A DNA stretch of 64,000 nt. Source: Antedon mediterranea (lineage: Eukaryota; Animalia; Echinodermata). The stretch spans positions 3,534,001 through 3,598,000 of the forward strand of contig NC_092680.1 in assembly GCF_964355755.1 (NCBI RefSeq), written 5' to 3'. Each line of letters opens with the position of its first letter. The stretch's first letter is position 1. The notes below the pieces were generated by a model, which was not told where the DNA came from, did no database searches, and worked only from the letters and a program-made list of their open reading frames with translations. Position numbers and translations under genes: made by a program. Shown piece by piece: positions 49,879 to 62,769 of this stretch.

Positions 49879-50092
49879 CAGTCAAATTCCAACTCAGACA
49901 GCGTCGTATGACGAGGCCCGACGAGTCGTTTCATCGGTTAAAAATTAAAGTTACACCACGAAGACCTAAACACTATACGCATGACGCTATCTCAAGATAT
50001 CTCGTCGGGATTTAACTCAGACAGCATGTACGAGTCAAGACTTCTCGTGTGTCGGGCCTTGTCGTACGATGCTGTCCGAGTTGGCCTGCCTG
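49879..50092. mobile_element. MITE / foldback element
   Basis: CCAACTCAGACAGCGTCGTATGACGAGGCCCGAC is inverted against GTCGGGCCTTGTCGTACGATGCTGTCCGAGTTGG. Confidence 0.72.
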
Positions 50093-50789
50093 AGTCTGAG
50101 ACTCCCTGTTGGAGAATGTATTCAGGGGAAATATGAAAACCGGAGGGGACTATGTAGAAATCAGGCCTGTATTATACAAGAGAACTGAGATTAGGTATTG
50201 AACCCCACAACCCAGAATACATATTCCACGTAGTATTAGCGAATAAAAGTTTGAAGAAAAAAATATGATGAATTTAAAAGTAAACACAGAATAAACATTT
50301 CCGATTACGTTTCTTACATCTACTAAATTTACTTATCAATTACAATTTCTACAAAAGTTAAAAATCTGTCTATCGTTAGCATTACCAAACACGAAAATGA
50401 TTCGTTCGAAATGTTAAAAAATCAAGATTTAAACTGGAGAGCCCCCTGCCCCTCCCCATTTCAGATATTGTGATGTGTTTTCTTTCAGCCTCTTTGTTTT
50501 TCTGAGAGGCGAAACTAATTTAGTGAGAGGAACACCCAATATAGGCTATACTACGTCATAGTCATGTCTAGCGACAATGAACATCATTTAGAATCGCGTC
50601 AACCGTTAGCCTATTTTTCAAAAGTTGACGCCTTCAATTTCTGGCGCAAGCGATCGATCTGTTGACGTCTGCACAAACGATACTACATGCTGTTATTGAT
50701 GCTAGACATGATACCGGACGAAACCAGTTGAGAGACAGGACTGTGCCAATAATGAAAAAGTAGAGATAATTTACATCCCAGTTGTACAA

Positions 50790-52066
50790 TTATGAAAATA
50801 TTTTAAGAAGAACGAACGAAATTATAGTTAAAAAGATTGTCAAACCGGCGGGTCTGCTTTCAACAGCTGTATTGCCCGGTTGCCTATTTCTTATCCTGAT
50901 AAATTTCTCACCCATTATGCTAAAGTCTTCTAAAACGATGTTTTTGTTGTTGCCACCCTTGGCGACCTGAACCAGGGACACTGTTGCATTAGCAGTGTTA
51001 GTGACATTATCGAAAACAAGAGAGCCATTGTCAATATAAGTTGGCGGGAAGTCTGCATCACTGCACTGTGCAATCTTTACATTGAATGTAATCTGCTGAC
51101 CGTTGTCAAGAATCTCAAACGTGTAACAATCTGCAGGCCTAATCCTTTTCTCCAGCGAACTATGATGAGACATTAGATCTTGAATTAAGATACGTCCGTT
51201 GTCTTCTATGGCACATTTGATTCCTTTGATCGGTACAATGACAGCCCCGTTGGTCATAGGAGCTGCTCGGATGATAATCTCTGCACTGGATGGACCTGGA
51301 GAGCTCTGAACGTTTCGATTGACAAACTGAACTTTACCTTTAACAATTAACGGTTTCCTTCCATCTTTGGACGACTTCCAATTATCAATGGTCTGAATGT
51401 ACCCAGAGTAGCTATCACCCACAATGGCAGCGCCTTCTGTGCTCAAGTATATATAACCGCCTGTCATTGTGCTAGAGTTACCTTCCCATAGATTTTTATT
51501 CCAGACCTTTGGTGTAGAAGTGGTAGGGGGAATCAAAGCCACGTCCGATTTCAATCTTTTGATATGGTCAGGTGCAAGATCGTAGAAGATTCTACGTTTG
51601 TCTCCATGAGAACGAAGCTGTTCCAAACCATTGTAATTCGTCAATGGATCTCTGACCTTCGACCATATGGTCACAGAGTACCGATTTGTCAGTCCAAGAA
51701 TCCATACAAATTTCTGCCAAGATTTAGTTGCCCATATTGCTCGGAAATTGTAGGTGATCGGGTGGGTTGTGACCGTGGAACTGGCGTCAAGCATGTCAAA
51801 GATCATTGTCCATGTATAGCGATCCTGGCGATTGACTCCTGCAACCTCAGAGACGTAGCCCAGTGAGAAGGTCGCGTTCGGAAAGACGGCGTTGACAATA
51901 GCGACAAACTCTGTAGGCTGGATAAGGTTGACTGAATTTTGACCGTTTGGCCCGGCGATTATGTCAGCGTGAAAGAACAGTGGCACTCTCAACTGAGCCT
52001 CTTTTAACAACATAATATCAAGAGCTGGTTGAACGGCCTGTACGTCTTTGAAGTCCAACACAATTC
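50790..52066 (-). CDS. FAM151/menorin exon 4 (large terminal exon)
   Basis: cattag| (G)IVLDFK... inside ORF 50790..52109, ending LTIFLTIISFVLLKIFS*. Confidence 0.92.
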
Positions 52067-55000
52067 CTAATGAAAACAAAAGATAAAATCTGGTCAATAA
52101 AAAAAACAAGAAACAAATGAAAAAAAAGTTTTTCCTACTGTATTTTCCCCTGTTTTCAAAATCCTAATATCAGTTTTAACAAAGTTTTCATGGCGAAAAA
52201 CACTAGTAAATCACCACGATCTGCGGTTTTACGTCTCAATGTTTCGGTTGTTCTTGTTGATAGTAACGACATAATAATTTCCACGGCCACAATGCTTTTT
52301 TGGGGATCCTTTTTTTGGTACTGTGTTTGTTCTTATTGTGCAGTGCTGTTCTTGCTGTGCGCATGGAGGCATACTGTGTGGTGTCGAAACAAATAAAAGC
52401 CAATACCGAACATTATGGAAGGTGTCCATTTGCACAGGGAATAATCTTGGATTACCTTTGTTAGTGTATCTTGTCACCATATCGATCCATTGTTCCAACG
52501 TGATGTCGCTCACAGACATTGAGCTAGGAGCCATTATTGGTACTTGGTTCGCCGTTCCTCTATCACGTAGGCTTACATCTGCCTCAAGCATCATAGCATT
52601 ACCTGTAATGAAAAGAAACACCAACTGATAAGAATGGAAAGTTTGCAAAATAAAGTTCTTTAGTGTAGACTGCTGTAAATATGTTTTGTGCAGTTTGCCA
52701 AAGATGTTCAACTGGTCAACACTAGCAAACTTCTTGAAAGTTTTTTTTGAATTTGCAAACAAAACTTTGGTAAAGTTTGATATTGTAAAGATTTGTGGAA
52801 GTTTCTTTTCTGCAGTTTACTAAAGTTTGGTACGGTCAACACTAGCAAACATTGAAAAAGAAAAATCTTGAAAACTCGGAATTTTTTAAATTTGCAAACA
52901 AAACGTTGGTAAAGTTTGATATTGTAAAGATTTGTGGAAGTTTCGTTTCTGCAGTTTACTAAAGTTTGTTAACGGCGCTGGTCTACACTGGTAAACTATA
53001 CACATTTTTATTCTTTATTCCAAATTTATCAAGAAGTTTCCAAAGTTTGCTAGTATCGTTGTTGACAACCTTTATACTATAACTTAAAGCTCTGTCTACA
53101 CTATCAAACTAGATGTACCCAAATATGGAAGTGATTCCCAAATACTGTAGTGATATGGCATCATCATGTCCATTATGGGCACATCACATTTTCTTTGTCA
53201 GTGTAGACAGAGTTTGAGTTTCCAGACTCTAAGTTTGCCAACAATGATTCGGTAAAACTTTGCTGACAAGTTTTACTGTTCTTAAAAGTATGTTATTTGT
53301 TATTTTTTACCTAAAAGATGAAAGTGTTCAATAATTGTATACAAAGCCAGATGGACTATACATACCTTCCAGTGCCCGTGTCAGTTTGGTGTTACTGTTT
53401 AAATCATGTGCCCACACTATGTTCAACCCATCTCTCTGTGCTTGCGGAAAGAAATACAATATATTGTCTTCCGAGTGGGACAAAGCATCTGGAATTAAAA
53501 TCACAGTTATTTTTAAAAATTTTGAATGAACAGTGAATAGAAACGCTTCTTTAAAACATTTTTTTGTATATTAAAGGGAATTGTTCCCCAAAACATGAAG
53601 AATAAAGATCAGGATAAAACTAAATATTGAATAGGTAATTTGTAGTTTTAATAAAGTTATTCACTGTAGAAAAAAAACCCAACAAAATATGATTTCCCTT
53701 AGAAAGAAAGCCAAAATAAACTGTTAAATTTAACAACAAGAACTTGTTGTCAGACAATGTGCTTTCGGATGACTTTGACTTATTTCTATTAATGGTAATT
53801 TGAGGTTAGTAGTTCCTTTCTCTTTCAGTTTTTGGTCAACGGTCAAAGTGAATAACTGTTATATTTACATTAAAATGGAATATTCTAGAAAAAATGATTC
53901 AAAATGATTTTTCAGATTACGAACTAATTAATTACTTATTACAAAACGTTTAGAATTCTAGTTGATGAATTCTCTAGAACGGACAGGAACTTGAATTAAT
54001 AAATATGACTTTTTGAGGTTATCCTTTCGTTACGAAATCGGCCATTTCCAAGTCATTAACACAATCTTTTATGGTTAAAACATCGATAATGGAAATGAAA
54101 ACTTCATTAACACGATAAATTTACATGATTCATTATGTATTAATCTATAAATAATGAGGTTAAATAATATAATGGAATAATGTTTATAAAATTAAAGTAA
54201 ACATCGTCTCAAGTTCCGTAGAACAATAGGCAAAAACCAGATGAAATAAATGGAACAATATTAGGCAGAATTCAAATTTCTTAAGCTCTGTCTACACTAT
54301 CAAACTGACGTGATGTGCCTATATATGGACATGATGATGTCATATCACTACCATATTTAAGCATATCATCACCATATTTGGGCACATCACACTTTTTTTT
54401 GTCAAACTAGTTTGATAGTGTAGACAGACCTTGTGTAGGCCCTAAAAGTCTACCGGTGCTATAAAAAAACACATCGTGAACTGGCGTAAAAATAATCAGA
54501 CTTAAAAATAAAATAAACAAGTTTAAGGTAGGTTTTTCGTCATGTCTGAAACATAACTATATTAAAAAATATATGTACACAAATATTTATGTGGTATCAC
54601 ATGGAATCCAAAATATTGTAGATGGGAGCAGATTGCTTTACATAAAACTCTTTTTAAGTTACTTAATCTTAATAATCTAAAAATCAAAACTTTATGTTCT
54701 TAAGTACCGTATCCGAACAAAATATCAAGTGACCATGCCTTTGAACGGATGTAGCCTAATTTTTATCATAATTATGATAATCATTTTGTATTTCCTGCAA
54801 ACCAAAATAAAGAAACGTAGGCCTATAATAATTATGTTTCTATTATCAAATTACAGACTGATATTTTTCGGAAATTGTGATTCATTCTATCCAATGCTTT
54901 AACATGGTGGTTAGCTTATCACTTTATTTGGCAAGGAAGTTTAAATCTAATCCCAAGGCTGATAGAATTCAGATCTTTCTGTAATTATTGTTATTCAGAG

Positions 55001-56889
55001 GTAACAGTTGTAGCCTCTGTTGCCCGGTAATTCTGTATACGTGATTTAACCAAAGGTTTTATTCCGAATGAGATTGTTTTCGTTCTGTTTCGTTAGATAA
55101 TTATTAAATGAATATATTATGCTTCAAATTAACCTTTTGTGCCATGTCTTTTATGCTCTGTCTACACTATCAAACTTTATGTGATGTGTCCATATAATGA
55201 GGGTAGTGATATGCCCAAATATGGTAATAATATGACTTCATCATGTCTATATATGGGCACATCACATTTTGTTGTCACATAAAATTTGATAGTGTAGATA
55301 GAGCTTGAATTTGTAAACAATGATTTGGTAAAAGTTTGCTAGTGTAGGTCAAGATTTATTGAGATTTAGAACCATCTGAGGCTTCTATTATTAATGAATA
55401 ACTCAGATAAAAAGAATTTTTCAGTAGATCAGAATTACAGCCAAAAGCAAGGATGTGTATTATAAAACTTGTAAAAATAAACTAATCATTAATATTATTA
55501 TTTTTTATTTAGAAAACTTTCAACATGTTTTGTTTAGGCCTAGTTTTGTAGTTTAATTAAAATGTATACAGATTTTTAAAAAGTAATATTATTAAACTAA
55601 ATTATACAACTGTTACTTGCATTTCTCTCCATGTTCTTTAATTTCGGTTTAAGAATGATAGGCATATTATATTTATATCAAAGGCAAGACATCGGCATTA
55701 GTAACATGTCACAGTTAAATATATTTCATGACTCAGAGTACGTTTTAGACGGCCGGTGCAAAAACTGTTTGGCTGCAACTTTGGTTTGGTCGACTTAAGC
55801 TCTGTCTACACTATCAAACTAGTTTGACAAAAAAAGTGTGATGTGCCCAAATATGGTAGTGACTGATATGACATCTTCATGTCATTTATGGGCACAACAC
55901 ATATTTTGTCACATAAAGTTTGATAGTGTATACAGAGCTTTAAATTATCGTCTTTAAAAGAAAGGTTTTGAATAGATATTCCGAACTAATTTGCATAAAT
56001 GTGTAAAACAGTGAGGATTTAAATTTTATGCAAAATTCAGAACAAAACTTGAAAATGAGTAAACCTCGTACCGATTTAAAAATCAGACAGAACATTTATT
56101 GGACCTCTGTTATTGACTTGTATAATAATCTGTCTACTCTATCAAACTAGTTTGACAAAAAAAGTGTGATATGCCCAAATATGGTAGTGATATGCCCAAA
56201 CATGGTAGTGATATGACATCATGTCCATATTTGGGCACATCACTTTTTTTTCGATAGTGTAGACAGAGCTTAATATCACCTTATTTACAAAAACAAATGT
56301 TGAAAAATAAATCATCATAGTTATTATTTTTATAAATATTAGTATACTTTTATCATCATTATTATCGTAGGTCTATTATAAAAAACAAGGCCAACAGCCA
56401 TAAGTCGCGTGCTAAAAAGCATAGTGATACCGGACCGACAGACAGACAGACCGACAGACCGACCGACCGACATAGTGAACTATAGAGACTAAAAATCATA
56501 TACAGTGCATTTGTTATTAGTTACAGTTAACCCAACGGTTTTTGTCGTGTTGATTTTCTAACCCATTAGTATTATATATTTTAGTCCAAATAATTATTTA
56601 AAAACAATGCAAGAGTAGGTATCTCTTGGAATAACAAGCATTGAACGTTGTTACAGTTTGGTTAGAAACATATACGGTGTAAACAACCGAAAAAGTTTAT
56701 CAATTCGTTTATTGACAAATGTTAAGCCTACAATTGATACTCTCATGTCGATAACCCCTGCAACCGGCAATCGGTAAATGACTAATTACATTTCTACCAA
56801 AATCTTCAAAAGCAATAAAATATTCACTTACCGATGTTAATTATGAATGCAGACAGCAAAACACACAGTTTCAGAAACATTTTAGCCAT
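50790..56889 (-). CDS. FAM151B: FAM151/menorin (MNR-1)-like protein. 4 exons: 56832-56889, 53366-53488, 52456-52602, 50790-52066. 1605 nt, ~534 aa. Signal peptide + PLC-like TIM-barrel (DUF2181) + C-terminal beta-rich domain + GPI-type tail
   Basis: Motifs DGLNIVWAHDLNS, MMLEADV, PIMA..SDITLEQW, KGIVLDFK, ADIIAGPNG, FPNATFSLG, RYSVTIW and IFYDL are characteristic of FAM151. All phase-1 GT-AG junctions are consistent. The A vs B paralog assignment is not resolved. Confidence 0.9.
52456..52602 (-). CDS. FAM151/menorin exon 3
   Basis: ttacag| (G)NAMMLEADVSLRDRGTANQVPIMAPSSMSVSDITLEQWIDMVTRYTNK |gtaatc. Confidence 0.9.
52712..52970. repeat. Tandem duplication, ~120-140-bp unit x2
   Basis: GGTCAACACTAGCAAAC...GGTAAAGTTTGATATTGTAAAGATTTGTGGAAG...GTTTACTAAAGTTTG occurs twice. 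Confidence 0.85.
53366..53488 (-). CDS. FAM151/menorin exon 2
   Basis: ttccag| (D)ALSHSEDNILYFFPQAQRDGLNIVWAHDLNSNTKLTRALE |gtatgt. Confidence 0.88.
53576..53920. mobile_element. Degenerate K1 MITE (further relics near 30283-30500 and 47040-47200)
   Basis: ttaaagggaattgttccccaaaacatgaa...gtcaaagtgaataact...cattaaaatggaatattc matches the K1 internal sequence. Confidence 0.5.
56381..56496. mobile_element. Short Helentron/DINE-like dispersed element
   Basis: Same ends as 33245-33363, with a GACA/GACC microsatellite core. Confidence 0.55.
56832..56889 (-). CDS. FAM151/menorin exon 1, signal peptide MAKMFLKLCVLLSAFIINI
   Basis: aaaATGG start and ATCG|gtaagt donor; CpG-richer region immediately upstream. 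Confidence 0.75.
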
Positions 56890-58144
56890 TTTTGCGGCAC
56901 GTTCCGGGAAGAATAAGTTTCCAAGACAGCAGATTTAAGTGTGGCGAAAAAGAATCCGCTGCGCCAGAAACAACTCGAAGCATTCCTATTGGTCGATTAC
57001 TTTTTTACAGGGACTGTCGTTTCCGCTATTTGACTACGCCCTTAGCAACAACACACAACGTCACGGGATCACGCTTAATTCTTTGCCGATCGAATAAAAC
57101 AGATTACTAACAATTATATAAATAATAAAATATATAATACTTTATACTTAATTTTTGATATAGAATTCTATAATCCAATATGATACAAACAACATTAGTG
57201 AACCTACTACCAAACAGTGTATCTTGAAGTATGCTCATGTGTCACTTCTTTGGGTTTATCCAATAATTAATCATTTTATTGTGGTGAAAAATGTTTATCT
57301 TTTCTTCTTTCTTTATTATTTTTTCTTTATTTATTTAGGCCTATATTTGTCATACACAATAAACATACATAAATAATAATAATCATAATACAAAGACAAA
57401 AAAAAATCAATTTCTATTTCTTAAGCTCTGTCTCCACTATCAAACTTGTTTGACAAAAAATGTGATATGTCCAAATATGGTAGTGATATTTCTAAATATG
57501 GTAGAGATATGACATCATCGTGGTACATGGGCACATCACATTTTTTGTAACATAGAATTTGATAGTGTAGACAGAGCTTAAAACAGTAACATTAAATTAT
57601 GGAAAAGACTTCTGCAGTACGGATATGCTTTTGATTCAATTACAGCGACGCAGTGAGTCATGTAGGACACTCAAATATGGAACAAAAAGTTAAAAATAAA
57701 ACTCACTTTATTGGTTTATTCGGTTGCGCTAAACGACCGAAACCATTCCAATGTGTAAGAAATATACGGTTGTCTGCCAATTTAGTATTAAATTATAGCT
57801 TAAAGCTCTGTCTACACTATCAAACTATTTCGACCAAAAACAGTGATGTGCCCAAATATGGTAGTGATATGCTTTAAAATGGTAGTGATATGGCATCATG
57901 TACATTATATGGGCACATTACATTGTGTTGCTACATGTTTGTGTGTAGACAGAGTTTAATACACTTATTGTACCATTTACTGTTCAGAATTTTACTAATT
58001 TTTGAGTAATAATATCGCACGCGCGGCAGATATTAGGCAAATGATCCTAAAGCCGCTTACAGACAGCTAGGTCTATAATAGGTGCTGACAGAACTCAAAG
58101 GGCTTGTAATGTTTCTGAATATTGGCCTACACATGAAATAATGA

Positions 58145-58750
58145 TAAAAATAATAATAATGCAGATTTCTAGAGCGCACTTTGCCACCAAAGGTGCTCAG
58201 GGCGCTTTTGAATAGTATGCAATCACCTCAGATTAAATGCACAATCAAATTGCGAATTTGGCCTATGACCATGTATAAGCCTGGCCAAAAAGATGAGTTT
58301 TTAATTTTTTAATGAATCAAGTCAAGTTAGTACATTGGCGAATTGAGATGGGCAGTGTGTTCCAGAGTCGAGGAGCAGATGTGGCCAAAGCTCTGTCACC
58401 ATAAAATGTGTTTGATATAGGCTGATGAAGCTGAAGAAAAATTCAATTCGAAAATAATAGTTAGGAGCCATCCCATTTAAACACTTATAAACTAGTAAGA
58501 ATACTTTATAGATAATGCGATGCTGAACAGGAAGCCAGTGTAATTCTTAAGAGTATCTGTGATATGCGAACACTTTTTTTTACATTTGTGCTAACACGTG
58601 TAGAAGCATTTTGAATAGGGAAGTCGTTTGCTTTGCTTCCGTAAAACACCGAGGTACACATATCAAGGCGCGAGATGATAAACGAATGCACTAGTTGTTC
58701 AGCAGCTGCATTATCTATATATTTTATACTCTTAATATTTCGTAAACAAA
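58145..58750 (-). mobile_element. Decayed 3' fragment of an L2/CR1-group LINE
   Basis: AAEQLVHSFIISRLDMCTSVFYG (cf. LVHAFITSRLDYCNSLLYG); ends GCGCTCTAGAAATCTGCATTATTATT tail. Confidence 0.75.
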
Positions 58751-59237
58751 ATGATGATGATGATGATGATAGTTGAAATATGATTATTCATTTCAACCTG
58801 AAAAGGTTAACCTAATAAATAAGTAAAAGTAAACTCGAAAATAACTGCGTAAAAGCTGTGATGTTCTATTTGTCCTTGTACTCTAATTATTGTACAACGG
58901 TCTTCTTTTTTAGAAAAGCGCTTTATAAATCTATTTAGTATAAAGCATAATACATTATTTCATAGCATTTCATTCATTTTCCCCCCGCCCCCAACACCCC
59001 CTCAAATTTCTATAAATATCCACAGAAAACAATCTTAAAAACTAGTCCAGCAGGTAAATACAAACAGCCTATTCCGTATATAATATGTACCGTAGTTAGA
59101 AACATTTAGTAATGTTTCTTTAAACAAAAATAAAATGAACAACATTTTCTGGCTAATCAAAACATAACAAGTTTATCGGTCACATTATTATTGTTCTGTT
59201 CAATGTTTAGGATGTTTAATTTAAAGCAAACTCTTAA

Positions 59238-59577
59238 AAATGTATTGTCCCCCTGAAATTTAAAAAAAAAATTTTTTTTTTTAATATTCCATTTAAATGT
59301 CACATAATAATTATCCACTTTGACAAAAAATTAGATTGGAAAAAATGTATTTACCTGAAAAACTGTAATTTAAAGCAAAAAATAGTCAAATTGGCAGCCA
59401 GCCAATGGGTTTTGGTGAAATTTAACAATTCATGTTGTCATTTTACAAGGGAAAACATTATTTGTTTTCATTTTTTTTTCTACGGAAGTGATTAACTTTA
59501 TTGAACTACAAAATAACATATTCAAAGTCTGATTTAATTAATCTTCATTTTTCATGTCTTTGGGGGACAATACATCT
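59238..59577. mobile_element. MITE family K1
   Basis: ttaa|AAATGTATTGTCCCCC ... GGGGGACAATACATCT|ttaa. Confidence 0.82.
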
Positions 59578-62011
59578 TTAAGTATTAAACTTTACCAGAC
59601 TTTTGCAATCTCCGACAATAGGACTACAAATACTATCATTTGTGATTCGCTGAGAACCGAGATCACAAACCTCGGTAAATTTGTCAAGAGACTTGCTAAG
59701 ACACTGAGGAAAACGCGAAGCGAAATGCGTTAAGCGTCAAAACGAAACGAGTTCCCAAAATCAAAGGTTATAAGCGTAGCGCGGAGGTATGTTTGCTAAA
59801 ATCACCGCGTTGAAGCTAAAATCGACCGACACCTAACGCGTCACATTCGCAAAAAACACATGTTATTATTAGTTGTGCGGTTTAACGACTGGAAGAAAAA
59901 AAAGGCACAAGAACTCTCCGGTGGTTTCAGAATTTATTACGTATAATTATACTGGACTTATTATAGTATTCACAAATATTAATAATTGAATTAATAAATA
60001 ATTTTATAAAATAAAAACACATTTAGGCCTAATAACATTTCAAAATAATACAAACACAATTAAAATACTACGTTTAAATAAAGTATGTTATCAAATTCTA
60101 AGGACAATAGAACTATAACAAATTAAATCGGGTAAACTTGAAAATATGTAAGCCTAAATGTGGAAATTATACAAAATACATATTGTTTTAGGTGTAGCTT
60201 GGTGAGGTAACGTGGTTGCCTTCGAATCAACCTCAAATGAGACACTTTTTTTGTAATTATTGCGTATATTAAAAAAAATAACCGCCTAAAAAATTAAAAT
60301 AACCAATCGGGTATAGTTAAACTTGAAAAAAAAAATCAAAATAGGCCTACAATCTACATATCAGAAAGATCACAACGATTTTAAGACTATACTAAATATT
60401 TATTAGATAAATATGCCTTCTGGTTTGATAAAATGAAATATCTATAGTCATTTAACATTACAAACCAGATGAACTTTTACAATGATTTATTAGGTAGTTG
60501 AAAAAAACCAACTATTTTGATAAGACTTGATCAGTGATGAACGTGGTAGTTTCAGGGGCCTAGAAATAATAAACTGTGAAAATATATTAATGATCCTAAA
60601 AAACTATCAAAATAGTTTTAAAAAATTAAGTATGGTTCGCCTTAAAATTAATGTGATCTTTTTTCGGTGCATAGAGATATTATTATCAACTACAATAATA
60701 ATGGAAACAACCAAATGTTCAACTTGTAGAATTCGCAATCTATTTACTGTGCTACAAAAATAAAAAAGGTGATATAGTTTTAAAGATTATATATTATAAA
60801 AGTTTCGCGAAATATTTATTTCTTTTTAGAAAAGGCAGGGTATAATTATCATTAAACCTCTGAGTAAGGCATTTTATGTGGAAGTACGTTTTTCTTGTGA
60901 GTTGTTAAGTGAGTTGATTACAAACGATGAAATACTTTACACCTAAAATTGAACAACTACATTATATTATACACATATTTGGTTGGTGTCAAATCATACA
61001 ATAAAACATATTATATAGTATATAGGAATTATTTAGCAATTATTGGATCATAAAAGTTTTTGACAATTATCACATGATTTTGGTATAATAAATATTGCAT
61101 ACATTATCATGATATTCTGTGTTCATATATATTAATTACTATCTGTATGATCAAATCATTCAGAATATCCTGTAAACTTAACATAAATTTGACATCTGTC
61201 GCTCACATTTGTGTCACATGCGGCAATTTTACTACGTTAGGTTATGGCCTATGAATGACACAGGTGGCACCTGTTATACATATGACACTGTATCAACGGA
61301 TTTTATATGATACTGATGAATTATAGATACAGTACTAAGAATCGGCTAGCATGATCTAAATACATACATGATTATCATTAAATATATCAACAAAAAATTG
61401 TAACTGTGATTATCATCGAATAAAGTACTGTAATACAACCACAGATTTGGACATAATTCTGGAAATATTTGTTAATTCTTTGAAAAAAAGTTGTTTTCAT
61501 ATATAAATATAGGCTAAACATATATAACCCCACCCCCCTCATCAGAGCCATACCTTTGTTACGACATTCAGTTCAAGGTTTTTAAGAGTCATGTGATACG
61601 TGGCAGCCATCTTTGTGTCCCACTATTCCTATGTAGAGTATGGAGTTGAATCTCCTTTGTTATAAAAAAAAGTATACCTTTCACAAGACCTTAACTATAA
61701 AATTAAATATCAAAACAATCCCTTTGTTTAAAAGTTTTTTTACAAGAATACCAAAATGTAATAAGTTACATGATTTTAAACAGCAAAATGTAAACACACA
61801 CACATGGAGCATGCATACACACAAAAATAACTTTTTTTTCAATTGTGTAACTCTTAAATATATGGCTCTGTTATAACCCACACCTCCCCAAGCCCGCACA
61901 CACCATCCCAAGCCTACCCAACGCCTCCCCTACCCCATCCACATCCAAACTTTTCATATATTCTCTATCTTTTTAATTTAAAAAATATTCCTATTACTCC
62001 TAAAATTCTTA

Positions 62012-62182
62012 TTATTTATCTCTTTTATACATTTTAACAATTCCTAATCGATGTAATTGTTCCCATAATTTGTTTTCGGCCCCATTATCATGATTTGCAT
62101 AATTTACATGTCTCTGATATTTTGTATCGTAATAATGTTCAGAATATTTTACATAGCTGCCACCAAAGCCATAAATATCAAC
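62012..62182 (-). CDS. ST6GALNAC2: ST6GalNAc I/II-type terminal exon, copy B (intact duplicate; no ATG, so absent from the ORF track)
   Basis: ttttttttag| VDIYGFGGSYVKYSEHYYDTKYQRHVNYANHDNGAENKLWEQLHRLGIVKMYKRDK*; 171 nt, phase 0 like copy A. Confidence 0.82.
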   Translation of the reverse strand, partial: VDIYGFGGSYVKYSEHYYDTKYQRHVNYANHDNGAENKLWEQLHRLGIVKMYKRDK

Positions 62183-62769
62183 CTAAAAAAAAAGAAAAGT
62201 TTTATGAATAACAAGGTCAGAGGTTAGGGGTCATTTGGTTTATAGATTGGACACAATTCATACAATTTCATTTGTCATTAAGGATATAGCTTGCTATCAA
62301 AGGTAAATTTAATGTCTGGTAACTTCATTTATGAAGACAAGAATTGTGCACGCCAATCAAAAAACGCTGTAGTAAAAAAATAAACCTGACTGACTGATCG
62401 CAGCATTTATAAATGGATTTTAGATACAATATATAATGTTCAGAATTGATTAGTAGAAATGTATAAACAAACACATAGTAGATGTTAGACTTCTTAATCT
62501 TTTTTATGTTAGTCCACCAGTCAGCATTTTGATTTTTTTTGTCTGAAAATACGTATGAAACGCCATATTTATCTTTTTACTAATTTCGGTCTAGAATTTA
62601 TACTTAGTAGATGTTAGTCAATGTAATGTAGTAGTCCATTAATAACAACGAAATTGATCTATATCAATTATAGTACAACTTATATCAATGATGGTGTTAT
62701 GGCTGCAATGTAGTCACTAGCAGTATAGCAATGGGTTTATGATCCTCAAATACTCCTTTAAATAGATTT

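Larger units (their letters stand above)
53088..57956. mobile_element. Cluster of 7 H1 MITEs: 53088-53214, 54284-54431, 55155-55305, 55798-55939, 56130-56270, 57424-57578, 57804-57956
   Basis: Each has (AG)CTCTGTCTACACTATCAAAC ... GTGTAGACAGAGC(T) TIRs; TTA (55798) and TAA (57804) TSDs are visible. Confidence 0.85.
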
